A stretch of DNA of 64,000 bases, taken from the human T2T-CHM13v2.0 reference genome, Homo sapiens. The stretch is from assembly GCF_009914755.1 (NCBI RefSeq), contig NC_060927.1; one strand, 5' to 3'. Shown here one piece after another: positions 50,470 through 63,921 of this stretch. The notes under the pieces were generated by a model. It was not told where the DNA came from and did no database searches. It was given only the letters and a program-made list of their open reading frames with translations. Both the position numbers and the translations under genes were made by a program. Position 1 is the stretch's first letter, and every line of letters starts with the position of its first letter.

Positions 50470-52560
50470 GTAGCAGGAGAGCTAAGCACAAGGACTCTGA
50501 GACCACGTGAGCCAGGTTCAAATGCCAGCTGTGCCTCTTCATTGCTGTATGCCCTCAGGTGGGTCTCCTTGCCTCACTTTCCCCACCTGTACAGTGTAAG
50601 GATAGCAGCAGGACCCCTGTCTTGCCTGAGGGCTATTGTAAAGGTTGATGTGTGCAAAGTTCCTACACCCGGGCTTAGGGCACAGTCAGGGTTCCCTACT
50701 TCTGTGAAGACGTTTTACAAAGTGAGCTGACACAAGCGAGCCTGGTGACTTGCAGACACCACAGCCTGCGAAATGCCAGCCCAGTCCACCCCTTCTGCCT
50801 GCCCTGCCCCAGGAGGCCTGCTGCTACCTGCCTACCTCCCTGGCAAGCCCCCGGCAGCACTGCTGTAATCCCCAGGCTGGGTAAACACATGATTAGGTTT
50901 CTCAGCTTTTGTCCTGTTACTCGGAGCAATTCTCAGGCCCTGAGCACTCCTCCCACCAGCATCACCCCACACCCTGACTCCCAAAGCCCTAGGCCCCGGG
51001 ACCAGCTCAGCCCCTAGCCCATGCCTCAGTTTCCTCATCTGTGAAATGGGCAATGATACCTGCGTGTCATTCATGAATAGGCATAATGCTGTTCTTACCT
51101 CACGACCCATGGTGAGAAGTGGGGCTGCTGTCATCATGCATACTCACCATTCTAGTGTCGCAGGTATTGTTCACCTGTTGACTGAGACCTTTACTGAGGG
51201 CCCCGAGGGATGCCACTGTGCCTTCACCAGCCTGCCCATTCCCACCTCTCAGCCTCTTCCTCAGCTGGGACCCTCCCGGGAAAGCCCTTCCACTATCGGC
51301 TCATCTTTCCCGGCCTCTGAACATCCCACAATGTGGAACCCAGGGGCCATTAATTGCCACCTGGAGTGTGGGTTAGGGTGAGGAGGGAGAGAGCAGAGGC
51401 CACTCAGATCTGGAGTACCGATGATGTGGCCTTGGGAAGGCCACTTAACCCTGTGTGCCTCTGTTTCTGCATCTATAAAATGGGAACAGTAACCTCTGCT
51501 CCTCGTGAGGTTATGGTGGTGATTTTATAAGCCACATACCCGGCACATGGCCAGACTCCCGTGGCTATGCCCACTGGGTGAGAAGGAAACGGGGAGGAAA
51601 CCCTGCCTCCATGAGGTGGCTTCTGGCACTGTATTTGGCCTTATTACATAGGGAAAAAATTTACCTCATTTGCACTGTCCGATCTGACCTCCCTGGGGAG
51701 ATGCCCAGCACTTCTCCATAGCACCCCCATTCATTCTGCCTCCACAGTGGCCAGTGCACAGCTCCCAGACCCCCTATCTGAGCAGCTCCTCCCCTGCTCG
51801 AAGCCTCTGATGAGTCCTTATTGCCCTCAGCCACTCCCCTACTGCCTCAGCTGGTGTCCCGGCCAGGCCCGGTGACAAGTGATTCCCCATAAGTGCCTCA
51901 TGCTCTTCCGGTTTGGCCAGCAGCCCAGAAGCCTCTTGGGCCAGCCCCACCCCATGACCTGCTGAAATCTTATTTGTACTTCAAAGCCTCAGGCATGCCA
52001 CCCTCCTGGACAGAGCTGGAGACCTGGGATCAGCCAGGCCTGCGTTTATATCACTGCCCACTACTCACTTGCTGCCTGGTCTAGGCTAAGTTGCCTTGCC
52101 TCTCTTAGCCTCAGTTTTCTGATCTGCAAAACAGGTTCCTGCTGGAGATTAAGGATGATGTAATTTATTGGATGGTTCCAATGCTCTAGACATGCAGCCA
52201 GGCATATTACCAGCAGGATTCATTTTCTCTTCCCAACTGTTCTGTGACCTGGGGCACAACCAGCATTCGGAAGCAATGACATCATGTATACTCATTCATC
52301 TAGTCCTCAAAGCAACACCATAGGAGAAGGACTGGGATTACCCCCACTTTATATATGGAGAAACTGAGGCACAGGATGGTGAAGTGAGCAGCCCGAGGCC
52401 ACACCCTAATACATGACAGGGCTAGGATTCACTCCAGGCAGCCCCGCCCCTGGACCCTAGCACTCAGCCATTGTGTGACAGGATCTCTGAACATCCCCAT
52501 TTTAGATGGTGGAACTGAGATCCAGAGGGAAAAATGACTCCCCCAGATCTGCACAGCTGG
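50470..52560. mobile_element. Series of at least six MIR fragments with unique spacers
   Basis: For example CCTCAGTTTCCTCATCTGTGAAATGGG (51024), CATCTATAAAATGGG (51470), GGAGAAACTGAGGCACAG (52357). Confidence 0.7.
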
Positions 52561-52934
52561 GACCCAGCAGAGCCCAACACACAGCAGGTGCTCTGGAAAC
52601 ATTTTCCTAATCCTACTTCTCAGACCTGGGGAAGTAGGGTGGTTCCTAGCTGACACTGTCCCTCCATTACCCTTTCCTCACCCCAGGGGTCCTACTGGAT
52701 CCAAGCCGGACATGGTGGGCAGGGAGGAGTGCTCGGTAGGCTGAGGCTGCTTCAGCTGCTGCCTCCAGCTGCCCCACGTTGGGGCCCTGTGCCTGCTGTC
52801 TGGGGACGCGGCTGCTGGGCTCCCTGGTGCTCCCCACCCCCACATTCCAATCTATGTATCCCCACCCCCGTGTCTACCTGTGTGCAGTTGATTCTGTTCT
52901 CTCCACTTTTGTCCCTGACTGTATCTGACTCCTA

Positions 52935-53070
52935 GGCTTCTCTCTGTCTCTCTCCCTGCCCCCTCTCTCTCCTTCTCTTTTCTACTCCATCTTGTCTCTG
53001 CCTGCTGTCTCTGTGGGGTATCCACTCTCTGTCTGGGTTCCTCTCTGTCACTCTCTCTCATCATCTCTGA
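52935..53070. repeat. CT-rich low-complexity tract
   Basis: Read directly. Confidence 0.75.
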
Positions 53071-53825
53071 GATATGGGACATATATCCATGGTTCTTTGC
53101 CACAGACATTTGGGGCTCTCAAAAGTGAGAACGTGCAGCTGGAAATGCCTCAGAGACCACCTTGTTCCACCAATGGGCAGTCAAAGCCAGATGTGCCTTA
53201 AGACTTGCCTGAGATCACTCGGCAGGTGAGAGAGGGTAAGAAATTTCCCCACCCCACGGATTCAGCCAGAGGTGTGCCGCCCACGGGGTCCAGGCTCTGC
53301 AGCCCCTCCTCCTCCTACCCAGCTCCGAGACTGCTGGGGTCTCCACACAGCAGCCCACCCAAGGCTGGCGGGTGAGGGCCAAGGGCTCTGTCTGGTGAAG
53401 AATAAACTCTGAGGAAGTTTTAGGGCAGAAGAGAACAACTGGACCATTCCGGAGGAAGTTGTAAGGGGGGTAGATACTACACATGTGCCTCAGTTCCTCC
53501 ACCTGTCTCTCTGCATCCATGATTTTCCATCCCTTGGAGGGCCATGGCTGGGGAAGGACAGTGGGACCATCCTCAGGGCCCTCCGGAAGTGGTCTGCCTG
53601 CTGGCGTCGACAAGCACCAGTTTGGGGGACATGTCACCCTCCTGTCCTCAGTCACAATCAACTTCTCACTGGACCCTCTCCCCAGCCCAAAACCCAACCC
53701 TTCTATGGAGTCCTCCAGGCTCAGCTCAAGAGCCTTTCTTTCAGGAAGGTTCAGTGTGCCCCACCCACAGCGAGAATGTCCCCCTCCCTGGCTGCCTCAC
53801 TTGTTGTCTCTCTAGGCTCTCCTGC

Positions 53826-53872
53826 CTTCTCTCTCTCTCTCTCTCTCCCCCTGTCTCTCTGGCTCTCTCCCT
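53826..53872. repeat. (CT)n microsatellite, imperfect
   Basis: Read directly. Confidence 0.9.
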
Positions 53873-55669
53873 TTGCCACCTGCCCCCACACCTCCACATC
53901 TCCACACCCTGACACTTACCAGTCCCGCTTCCCTTGCTGTCGGCGTTCATCCTGGAGTCATGTGACATACTCCCCACCCTGCCCCTAAACTCTGTTTCCT
54001 GACCTCAATGCCAGCCCCTCTGCAGGGCACTGCCCCCTCCATGTCCCATGGAATCCCACACCCCCATGCAAGGGGTCCTCACTGGACAGAAGAGAACGCC
54101 GGGGCTCAGACAGAGCAGGCAACCTGCCTGAGGTCACACAGCCCAAGTGGCGGCAGCACCGATGTCAACACCCAAGCTGTCCGACCCGATTCCCAGGCTC
54201 TTGAATAGACCTGCCGTCTCTCCAGCTGGGGTAGGGCCTCTGTTCAGCCCAAATCCCCTCACCATGGGGTCTTTCTGAAACAGATAAACCACAGGGGTGG
54301 AGTGGGGGCCTTGACACTCAGCAACACCCCGAGGAGGCTTCCCCTCAGGGCCTGGGCAGCCTGAGCCCTGAGCCGTTTCTGAGGGTGACCTGAATTGGCT
54401 CTTCCTGCCTGGTCTGTGTTTGTGTCAAGCTGGTGCCTGAGCGACGTGAGGGTGGGCAGGCTCCCCTGGCAGCAGCTGCCCCTGCCAGGATGGGCAGGGC
54501 CTGTGCAGGCACCAAGGATTGATGGTCTTTGCAGGGTGGGCAGCCGGGGCAGGCTGCGGAAATTCTGGGAGAAGCAGCTGCCTCACCCAGGGGAGTGGGA
54601 GGGAGGAGGAGAGAGGAGGGTGGCAGAGACAGCAGGAGGAGGGGTTTTCCTTGGGCTGTCCTTGCAGTGACATGCCTGCATGTCTGGGGCATGAGCTGAC
54701 TGCCCAACTATGTCCACAGCCACCTACCAGGGCCCGCCCACCTTGGGGACAGGGCCGGCAGCCGGCAGCTTCAGGCTCCAAGATGCTCACCAGTGGCTTT
54801 GTAGCCTTCTCTCTGCCTAGGAACCCAGGAGGAAAGACACAGCCCCACTTCCTATAGCCAGGTGAGGGTCTAGGCACCTCCCAAAGCACATTCCACAAGG
54901 GAGGAAAGAGATGCGGAGGGAGCAGAGTGGCCTAGGGTCACACAGCCAGTACCCTCTCTGTGATGACAGCTTGTCTGCTGCCCCATTCTAGCTCCTAATT
55001 CTCAGTCATTCTCAGCCCCCCAGAGCCCTGTGTAGCATTTGCCCCTAAACAGATGTCCAGTGCTTGCTTGTTGAATGAGCGAATGAATAAAAACAGACAA
55101 AGCTGGGACAGAGGCACCTCAATGCCCTGAACAGTGTTCCAGCCTTCCTCTGGGCAGGTATGGTGATGATCCCCGTGTTATCAGTCAGGAAACTGAGGCT
55201 TAGAGTCTTAGAGTAGCATCCAGCTCAGGACTCTCCTATTTGGCATCCTGGCAGGAGGTGTCTTACGGAGCCAGTGTCCACCCTGTGGCCTGCATGCTGT
55301 GTCCCCAAGCTACCTCTAGGGTGAAATGAGGTCATGGACGGATTTGGGGCTGGGAGTGGTTTCTGACCACTGGGCCACCTGCCCAGTGGATGCCAGGTCA
55401 AGCCCCCCTTCTTGGCCACCCCCTGAGAACTGAGGTGGCCCCAGGGCTAGGCCAACTGAATGTCTCTTCCCCTTTTTGATCATATTATTGAATATAAAGG
55501 AGCCTGGGAACCACACCCTTTGGAGCTCAACAGAGTTTTTTATGCCCTTAAGAAGCTGGCTGACCCCACACAGGCTCCTTAACCTCTCTGAGCCCCAGTT
55601 TTCCCACCCGTAACACAGGACCCCAAACCATGCCACCTGGATCAGAGGGAGTCAGACATAGGAACAACA

Positions 55670-55960
55670 AAAGGGGTTGCAGCCTTGCATGAAATACTAC
55701 ACAGCAGTGAGAATGCATGAATGGCAGCTACACATGCTGGCATCATGAGCCTCAGAAACACTACGGAAGGAGAAAAGGCAAGTTCCAGAAGAAGGCATTC
55801 AGTGTGATCCACTTTACATGAAGATTTAAAAAACACATATTTGGTATATATTATTTGTCAATACATTCATATGTATTAATAGTAAAAGAATAAAAATATA
55901 CTTTGAACAAGAAGCATCAAGTTCCAGACAGTGGTTAGCTTTGGTGAAGACACGGAGGCA
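55670..55960 (+). mobile_element. L1ME-type 3' fragment
   Basis: GAAATACTACACAGCAGTGAGAATG...AAAAGGCAAGTTCCAGAAG...CAAGTTCCAGACAGTGGTTA. Confidence 0.65.
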
Positions 55961-55974
55961 TAGGTAGGTGTATG

Positions 55975-56272
55975 TTTTTGTTTTTGTTTTGAGACAGAGT
56001 CTCACTCTGTCGCCCAGGCCGGAGTGTAGTGGCACAATCTCAGCTCCCTGCAACCTCCGTCTCCCGGGTTCAAGAGATTCCCATGCCTCAGCCTCCCAAG
56101 TAGCTGAGATTACAGGTGCCTGGGCCCACACCTGGCTAATTTTTGTATTTTTAGTAGAGATGGGGTTTCACCATGTTGGCCAGGCTGGTCTCAAACCCCT
56201 GACCTCAGGTGATCCGCCCACCTCGGCCTCCCAAAGTGCTGGGATTACAGGCATGAGACACCACTCCCAGCC
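55975..56272 (-). mobile_element. AluSx-like
   Basis: Antisense full Alu; TSD TAGGT(G/C)TATGTT. Confidence 0.96.
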
Positions 56273-56429
56273 TGGTAGGTCTATGTTCAACCGATCCAAG
56301 ATACAGGTTTGTTAAAATTTGACCTGTTCAGCATCAGTAGTCCTCCTCTCTCCAGCTGTCCAGCTGAGAGATAATGGGGATAAGTGCTGTTTTGGAGGTG
56401 TATTTTGACAGGACTTGCTTAGGGGTTGC

Positions 56430-56580
56430 ATGTGCCTTCAGGCAACTACTTAACCTTGCCAAGCCTCAGTTTCCTCATCTGTGAAGTGGGGAAATAATCC
56501 CTGCATGGAGTGTTGAGAGGATTCAAGGCAGTCATGCATACACATAAAGCCCTCTGTGCAGTGCCTGGTGCACTGAGACA
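56430..56580 (+). mobile_element. MIR SINE
   Basis: GCCTCAGTTTCCTCATCTGTGAAGTGGGG...GAGAGGATT...CAGTGCCTGG. Confidence 0.8.
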
Positions 56581-57734
56581 CTCCTCCAGCAGTGGAAACA
56601 ACTGAGGTCATCACTAACTTTCGAGGCGGACTGGGGGTGGGGGTCTGTGTGGCGAGCCTGAGACTTGGGGCCCCAGAGCTCATTAGCCCACTAGTAAGCC
56701 AGGCCTCTGTAGCTACCCCCATGGAAAGAGGTCAGGTCTGAAGACACTTCACTCCATAGCAATCCCTGCAAATCCCTTCCCGTGCAACTCACAGGCCCCA
56801 CTAATCAGTCACATGGCTGACCTTGAACACGGAGGCTGACCCACACTTGAGTCCACCCACCCCCTCCCGCTGTTGTGAAGCCCTGGCCTGAGGCGTCTGC
56901 TGCCCGGGGAGAAGAGAGGCCCATCCAGCACCAGAAGCCCGACATGTTTCTGGGAGCTGGGCTGAGAGCTGCCACACCTGCATCTGGGATCTGGGTGCCC
57001 ACTTACAAGGGCGGAGAATAGGCCTGGCCCTGGCTTGGCCTGGCTCTGTGACCTTGACCGGTGCTTTGAGCTGTGACCCTTGTTTCCTCATGTGCTAAAT
57101 GGGTGTATGATGGGCCCGCAGCAGGAAGATGATGTGTGGAAATTGCTTGGCTGGATGAAGCTACCTTTACTATTGGTATTTATCTCAAGGTCATCTCTAG
57201 GCCCTCTCCCAGACTCAGCATCATAACTTTAACCCCATGAGGTCAGAGGCCCTAACCCCCCATGTGACACTGTCCCCTACTTGCCTAAATTCTCCTGGAC
57301 ATCAAAACCAGCTCAAATGCTACCTCCTCCTGGGCCTTCCCTGATTCCTTCAGGGAAAGAATGTGTGTTTGACTCCCTCTGATCCAGCTTTCTCTGTTCT
57401 CTGAGGTCCTGCTGCCCTTCAGCCCAGCTTTCCTGGCACCTCTGGTTGTGAATCTGAGACTTGGCTGTGTGCAGTACTCTTGCTAAAGAGGCTGCTTCAG
57501 GCTTTGGTGGCTGCGTTCATCCTTGCGCGGTGCATAGGGCTCTGTTCACTGAATGAACCTTCTGCATGGAGAGAGTTCTGGGCTTAACTGGAAACTCCAT
57601 GAGGCCAGGCCTGCTTGCTTCACCACTGGATGCCCAAGGCCTAGCATGGTGCCTGGCATACAGGATGCCTGGAGAATGGGCAAGGAGGCTAGAGGGCTGG
57701 TGAGGCTCTTTCCTGTTCTTTGCCATCTGATGCC

Positions 57735-58233
57735 TGTGTGCCTGCAAGCTAGGTCCTGGGTATTCTCACCTCCTGACAGCCACACCCTGTGTGGGCCCCT
57801 CCCACACTGAAGGGGACTGACCTGTGTGACCCATAGGATATTGCAGAAATGATGGTATGTGACTTCCGAGGTTAAGTCATATAGGCATTGCAGCTTCTGC
57901 CCCACTCTCTGGAACCACTTCCTTTAGGGGAAGCCACGGGTCTGGCACCCTGTGCAGAGGAACTGAGTCCTCCCACCAACAGCTAGCACCGACTCCCAGT
58001 TTTGTGAGTGAGCTGCCTGGACAGCAGAGCCTCTGGCCCCAGGCAAGCCTCCTGATGGCAGCAGCCCCCTCTGACACCTTGACAGTGACCCATGAGAGAC
58101 CACCCCACACCCCCAAGCAGAAACACCCAGCTAAGCCACTCCCAAATTCCTGACCACAGAATATAACAAAGAGTTATGGTTTTGAGTCTTTCTGTTTGGG
58201 GCAATTTGTTACACAGTGATAGGTAACTGATAT
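57735..58233 (+). mobile_element. MLT1F-like MaLR LTR
   Basis: TGTGACTTCCGAGGTTAAGTCATA, GAGGAACTGAG, ACCCAGCTAAGCCACTCCCAAATTCCTGACC, AATTTGTTACACAGTGATAGGTAACTGATA. Confidence 0.85.
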
Positions 58234-59778
58234 GAAAAACCTGAGCTCCAACCATGTCCCTTGGGGCCAGCAGGATTTCAGGCAGAGGCTGCCCCAGGTT
58301 GCTAGAGGATGGCCAGCCAAGTAAAGATCACACACAGGGCCGCAGAGGCCTGATCCTCACCTCCCAGACAAAGGCAGGGAGGTGTAAGCCTGAGCCCTAG
58401 GCAGGGGAGAGAGTTCTCTGTTCCAGCCCCCAGCTGGGAACTTTGTGTTCCCAAGAGGCAGACATTGTTTGTCACTCTGGGGTGACATGCATAGTGCTCC
58501 CTAAAGGCAGAGGAGAGACACTGGGCCTCCCCAGTGATTCATAGTGTTCAGAAAGGAGGGGTTGAGCATGTTCCTAATCAGAAGCTGCTGCAAGGCCTGC
58601 CTGGTCACCATTTGTTCTGTTTCTGTATCTCGGCGTCAAACCTGATAAGCCAAGGTTTCCCCGAATGCAAGCACACCCAAGTAGGACCAGCACATCTTCT
58701 CTGCCAGGCCCCAGGCTGGGCACACAAAGGTGAACTGGCCATGATCTCCATCCTCTGGAAGATCAGCTCAGGCAACTAACATTGACTGAGCTCCTTCTGT
58801 ATGCAGGTGCTAGGAGTAGCACCATACTACTCAGAACCCAGCCACTTCACTGTGGAACCATCATCGCCTGCTGGAACTGGTGCAGTAGGCTCCTCACAGG
58901 TCTTCCTGCTCCTGACCTTGCCCCGAGCCTTACAATCCATTCTGCAAATGGAGCTCAGCAGGGTCTCTACAAATGATAAATCAGATCATGTCTTGGCTGC
59001 TCGAAACCCTCCACTGACCTTGACATAAAAATGAAAACTTGCCTTTAGAGTGGAGAGATCTGGGGGGTCACCACATGACCAATCTGAAATCATTGGGACC
59101 ACCTGACATTTTGGGCCTCTTGGTGGCATGAGATATAAGGAAGACACAGCCACACTTGGGCTCAACTTATTCAAGGCATTTCTCTTTATATAAAGTCAGG
59201 GAGGCAGAACCCATTAAAAGTCACTGTAAGGAAACCATCAGATACCACAACTGTCCTGGACTCTTCATTAGAGTCACAGTTGCCAAACACACCCCAAATA
59301 GCCCTCAGTGGGAGAATGGGTAAACTGTGCTTCATCTACAGAGTGCCTACGGTTCAGCTCAAAAGGCTGCAGGACACACTCCACAATGTGGAGAAGCGCT
59401 CACTTTGTCTGAGCAAAAGAGGCCTTGGACACAGTGTACACACTGCATGTTCCATTTCCATGAAGTTCTAGGACAGCCTAAACCAATCTGTGCTGATAGA
59501 AATGAGGATCTGTGGGTGCCTCAGGCGGGGGTAGGGATTGCCTGGCAGGAGCCAGAAGGACCTTCTGGGAGGCTGGAAATGTTCTGTATCTTGATCTGGG
59601 TGATTACACATGTACAAATTCCTGAGCTGCACATTTAAGATTTGTTCCCTATATGTCTGGCACGTCTCAATATTTTTAAAAAATAATCAAATAAATAAGC
59701 TTTTTAAAAAGTCTATGTCAGGGCCAGGTGCAGTGGTTCATTGGAGGCTGAGGCAGAAGGATCGCTTGAGCCCAGATC

Positions 59779-60402
<624 letters not shown>

Positions 60403-60673
60403 TTACCCAAGCATGATGGTGCACACCTGTAGCCCCAGCTTCCTAGGAGGCTAAGGCGGGAGGATGGCTTGAGTCTAGGAGTGTGATGCTGCAGTGAGCT
60501 GTGATCGCAGCACTGCACTCCAGCCTGGGTGACAGAGTGAGACCCTATCTCAAAATAAAATAAATCAAATAAAAAGTCAATGTCAAGGATAATGAGTGGG
60601 AGACTATCTGAGTTTAAAAGAATTTAAAGTGACATAGCAATCAAGTGCAACATGTAAATTTTCACTAGATCCT

Positions 60674-60868
60674 AGGAAAGAAATGAAGGGAGGGAATAAG
60701 ACAGCGAAGAAGGAAGGAAGGAAAGAAGGGAGGGATGGAGGAAGGAAGAGAGAGAGGAGGAAAAGAAGGAAGGGAGGGAGGGAGCAGGGGAGGAAGGAAG
60801 GAAGGAAATAAAGGAGGGAGAAAGGGAGGAAGGAAGGAAATGAGGGAGGGAGGGAGGGAGGAAGGAAG
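60674..60868. repeat. Polypurine (GGAA/GGGA) low-complexity tract
   Basis: About 195 bp, almost all A/G. Confidence 0.95.
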
Positions 60869-61315
60869 TCCACCAGCTAACCCAGGTATCTGAAACATTT
60901 TGGGATTTGAATATGGGTTGACTATTAGGGAGGTATTTGAATTTGATTTTCTCTGGTAATAATGGTATTTTGCTTAGATGGAGGAACAACCTTGCCTTTA
61001 AAAGACACATGAACAATATGTAGAAGTAGGAGGCACGAAGTTTGCAAGTTACCTTCCAATGGCTAGGCAAAAAAAGGGCAATGCACCAAAATATGAACAG
61101 TGGTGGAACCTAGGTTGGGTATATATGAGTGCTTATTCTATAGTCTTTAAATTTTTCTATATTTTAGGACATTTTTATTAAAAAGGGTTGAGGGTACAAT
61201 GAATAAAATTTAAGGTCCTGGCTATGGCCTGTGAGGCTATGTCATCCAGCCCCTGCCTCCTCTGATCCCAGCCCCTTCAATCTCCCCCTCGTTCTCCCTG
61301 CCCCCAAAACCTCCC

Positions 61316-61389
61316 TATACACACAGGCACACATGCACACACAGGCACACACATATACACACAGTCACGCATGCAGGCACGCACGCACA
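61316..61389. repeat. Imperfect (CA)n tract
   Basis: Read directly. Confidence 0.85.
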
Positions 61390-61469
61390 TAACTTTCTCA
61401 CTGGTCAACCCTGGAGCTGGGAGAAGTGGGGAAATGGATGCTCCCCCTGCACAAAGAGGAATCCCTCTT

Positions 61470-61720
61470 TTCTCCAGATGGGAAATCTTTCCCAAAAGGC
61501 CCCACGCAGACTTTCTCTTATGTCTCATTGGCCAGAACCTAGTCCCATGCCCACCACAGGCCTGTTGTTGGCCACAGAGAATGGGATGGCTGGTACTGCT
61601 GAACCAATACAGATAGGTCCCCTGTGGTGGTGTCTATTACCCCTCCCCCTAAATAAGAGTTCTCTTGGCCAAGAGGAAAGGGGGCGGCCACTGGAAGACA
61701 AGGCCAGGGGTGGACATAGT
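61470..61720 (-). mobile_element. MLT1J/K-like LTR fragment
   Basis: TTTCCCAAAAGGCCCC...AGACTTTCTCTTATGTCTCATTGGCCAGAAC. Confidence 0.65.
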
Positions 61721-62769
61721 GCATTTCTGAAACTTGGAGATGGTGAGGCTCTTTTGCATCTGGGCCTTCCAGCAGGTGTGGGGAACAGCTGGTGGCCTCA
61801 AACCCTATTCTCCAGATGGGGCAATAGAAAATCAGAGTGGTGGAATGACTTCCCACTCCTGGCTGGTCCAAGCCTCAAATCTCTGTAAGTGGAAAGTCTG
61901 CGAGGGCAGGATGGGCAGAACCTGGTGTGTGAGAGGTTCCGCTGGGCGGGGAGATACAGCAAGGCTTCACGGAGAGGGGTAGTGCTCGGTGCTTGGAGCG
62001 TGGAGCGGATTTCAGTGGAGGTGGAGAAAGTGTCAGGTGGGGCACAGAGGGAGCAAGGACAAGGAGGGCAGAGCACCAGGCACATGTGGGCAAGAAGAAG
62101 GAGGAGGAGAGCTGGAAAGGAGGGTGGGGCCAGATCTGAAGGCCACCGGAGTGCTGGAGTACTGTTCTCTGTTTCACAGGCAAAGAGGAGCTGCTGAAGA
62201 TTATAGGGATAAGGGCAGAAGCATCTTAGAGAAGCTGAGAGTACCAGAGGAGTGAGATGGAGACCAGGAGACCAGGAGACCATGGAGGAGGCTGGTGCAG
62301 GGCTGTGGACACAGAGGGGAGACTCAGAGACAGCTCTGGAGGCTGAGGCTTGTGGGGCCATTTCTTTTGGGAGAAAGCCACCCAGGAAGGAAGTCCCTTC
62401 TGTCCCTGGCAACCCACATCAGCACTTCATAGCACAGATGGAAAGTTCTGCCTACCCTAAATCAAACGTGCAATATCTCAGTCTCAGATTCCCACGCCAC
62501 TGGGCCAACATCCACTGAATGCAGTAAATGGGTGAAAGCCAAATCGTGGAAAGGTTAACAGCGTGGTCCTGGTGGACTTGGGAGCCAGAACACCCCTGCT
62601 GCACCCCACCAGCTCTGTCCTGATGAGCTTTGTCCTCTGCCCCTGGAGCCCATTCCCTGTCTGTGCAACTGGGACCTTAGCAGTCACAGTGACAGTGTCC
62701 ACATATGCTGGGCCCTGGCCGGGCACGAGGTCTGCTCCAGGCTCTTTCCCCACACTGATCCAGGTGGAC

Positions 62770-63110
62770 CATGGGAGGTCCACATGGCCCCGTGGCAGGG
62801 GGCGTGGAGACCACATTTTACGGAGGGAGGGTAGAGCCTGCACTTATGGAGCTGTCCGGAGGGTGACACGCATCAACACACGGCAAGCACAGCTTCAGTG
62901 TGAACTTTGCCCTGGAGAGGGGATGCAGAAAGTCCCCACAGAGCCTGAAGAAACAGCCATGGAGATCTTCAGGAAAGACCCTGGGAGGTAGAGAGGAGGT
63001 GGGGGAAGACGGACCGGGGAGGTTGGGAGACAGTCCTGTGAGCTGCCAGCATGAGGCGGAGGTTGCGCAGGGGGCCTGTGGGAACAGCACTGCGGAAAGA
63101 GGGAACAGCC
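62770..63110 (-). mobile_element. L2 fragment
   Basis: GCCTGCACTTATGGAGCTG...GGGAACAGCACTGCGGAAAG. Confidence 0.5.
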
Positions 63111-63921
63111 TTTTCCCTGGCTCCAAGCTCTGGGGTGGCAATATCAGCGCTACTGCTATGCCTGGAAAGGACCACGCTGATGAACCCCTCCTCCCCTCCC
63201 CTCCACTCACCTGTGTGTGGTCTTGGGCAAGGCCCCCATGCCCACGAAGCTGTAGCTTTCCTGACAGAGGGGTCAGCCTGGCCCAGCTCTGAAGTCAGCT
63301 CCACCCCTGACCCAAGGCAATGACTGAGTTGAACAGGATCACAGTGCCTCTAACTCTCCCGGGCCATGGCTGGCATCTTCCATGGCACATTCTATGCTCA
63401 CACACAGGTGCTTTTCCCACAAGATTCCAGGGAGCCACTGGGAGGCTGGCTGGTGCCCGCTCAAAGCATCAAGCTGTTCCTAGCCCCTAACCCCGGGCCT
63501 GAGAGCCCACCCCTCAGCCTTTGCAGTGATCGTGCCCAAAAGGGCTGGAGGAAGGGGAGAGCCCTAAGGAACAGGTGCTGAGCCCTGTGAGTTGGGGTCC
63601 TGGCCAGGATGTCATTTCACAGAGAAGGCCCAAGCACCCAGGACATGGCCTAGTGGGACTCCCAGGAGCCACACTCTCATGACCATTCCCTTCCTGCCCC
63701 CTTGCTAGAAATGACCACAGCAGGGAGCCCTGGCCCAGCTGTGGCCCTGAGCCTGGAACACAGGACAGGCCAGTTTTGCTGGCAGGGAGGTAGGACCCAA
63801 GTCAGGGCTAGGGTCTTGGGCGCCTATTAGGACAGTCTCCAAAGGTGGCAGGGGCCTGGGGGAGAGACTGAGTTGGGACTGACCACCTGGTGCCTTGAAG
63901 CCCTAAGAAGGAACAGGAAGC

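Noticed and set aside
54669-54695. p53/p63-like cluster of three CATG cores (GACATGC-CT-GCATGTC palindrome)
   Set aside because: The cores are 4 and 7 nt apart rather than the canonical 6, and the flanks mismatch RRRCWWGYYY.
55968-56315. Alu-derived ORFs (also 1521-2009, 7956-8219, 30120-30350, 36746-37015, 59816-60172)
   Set aside because: Classic Alu translations ([19 protein letters not shown]); they would give spurious protein-database hits.
62259-62288. (GGAGACCA)3 mini-tandem
   Set aside because: Trivial slippage within an L2 relic.
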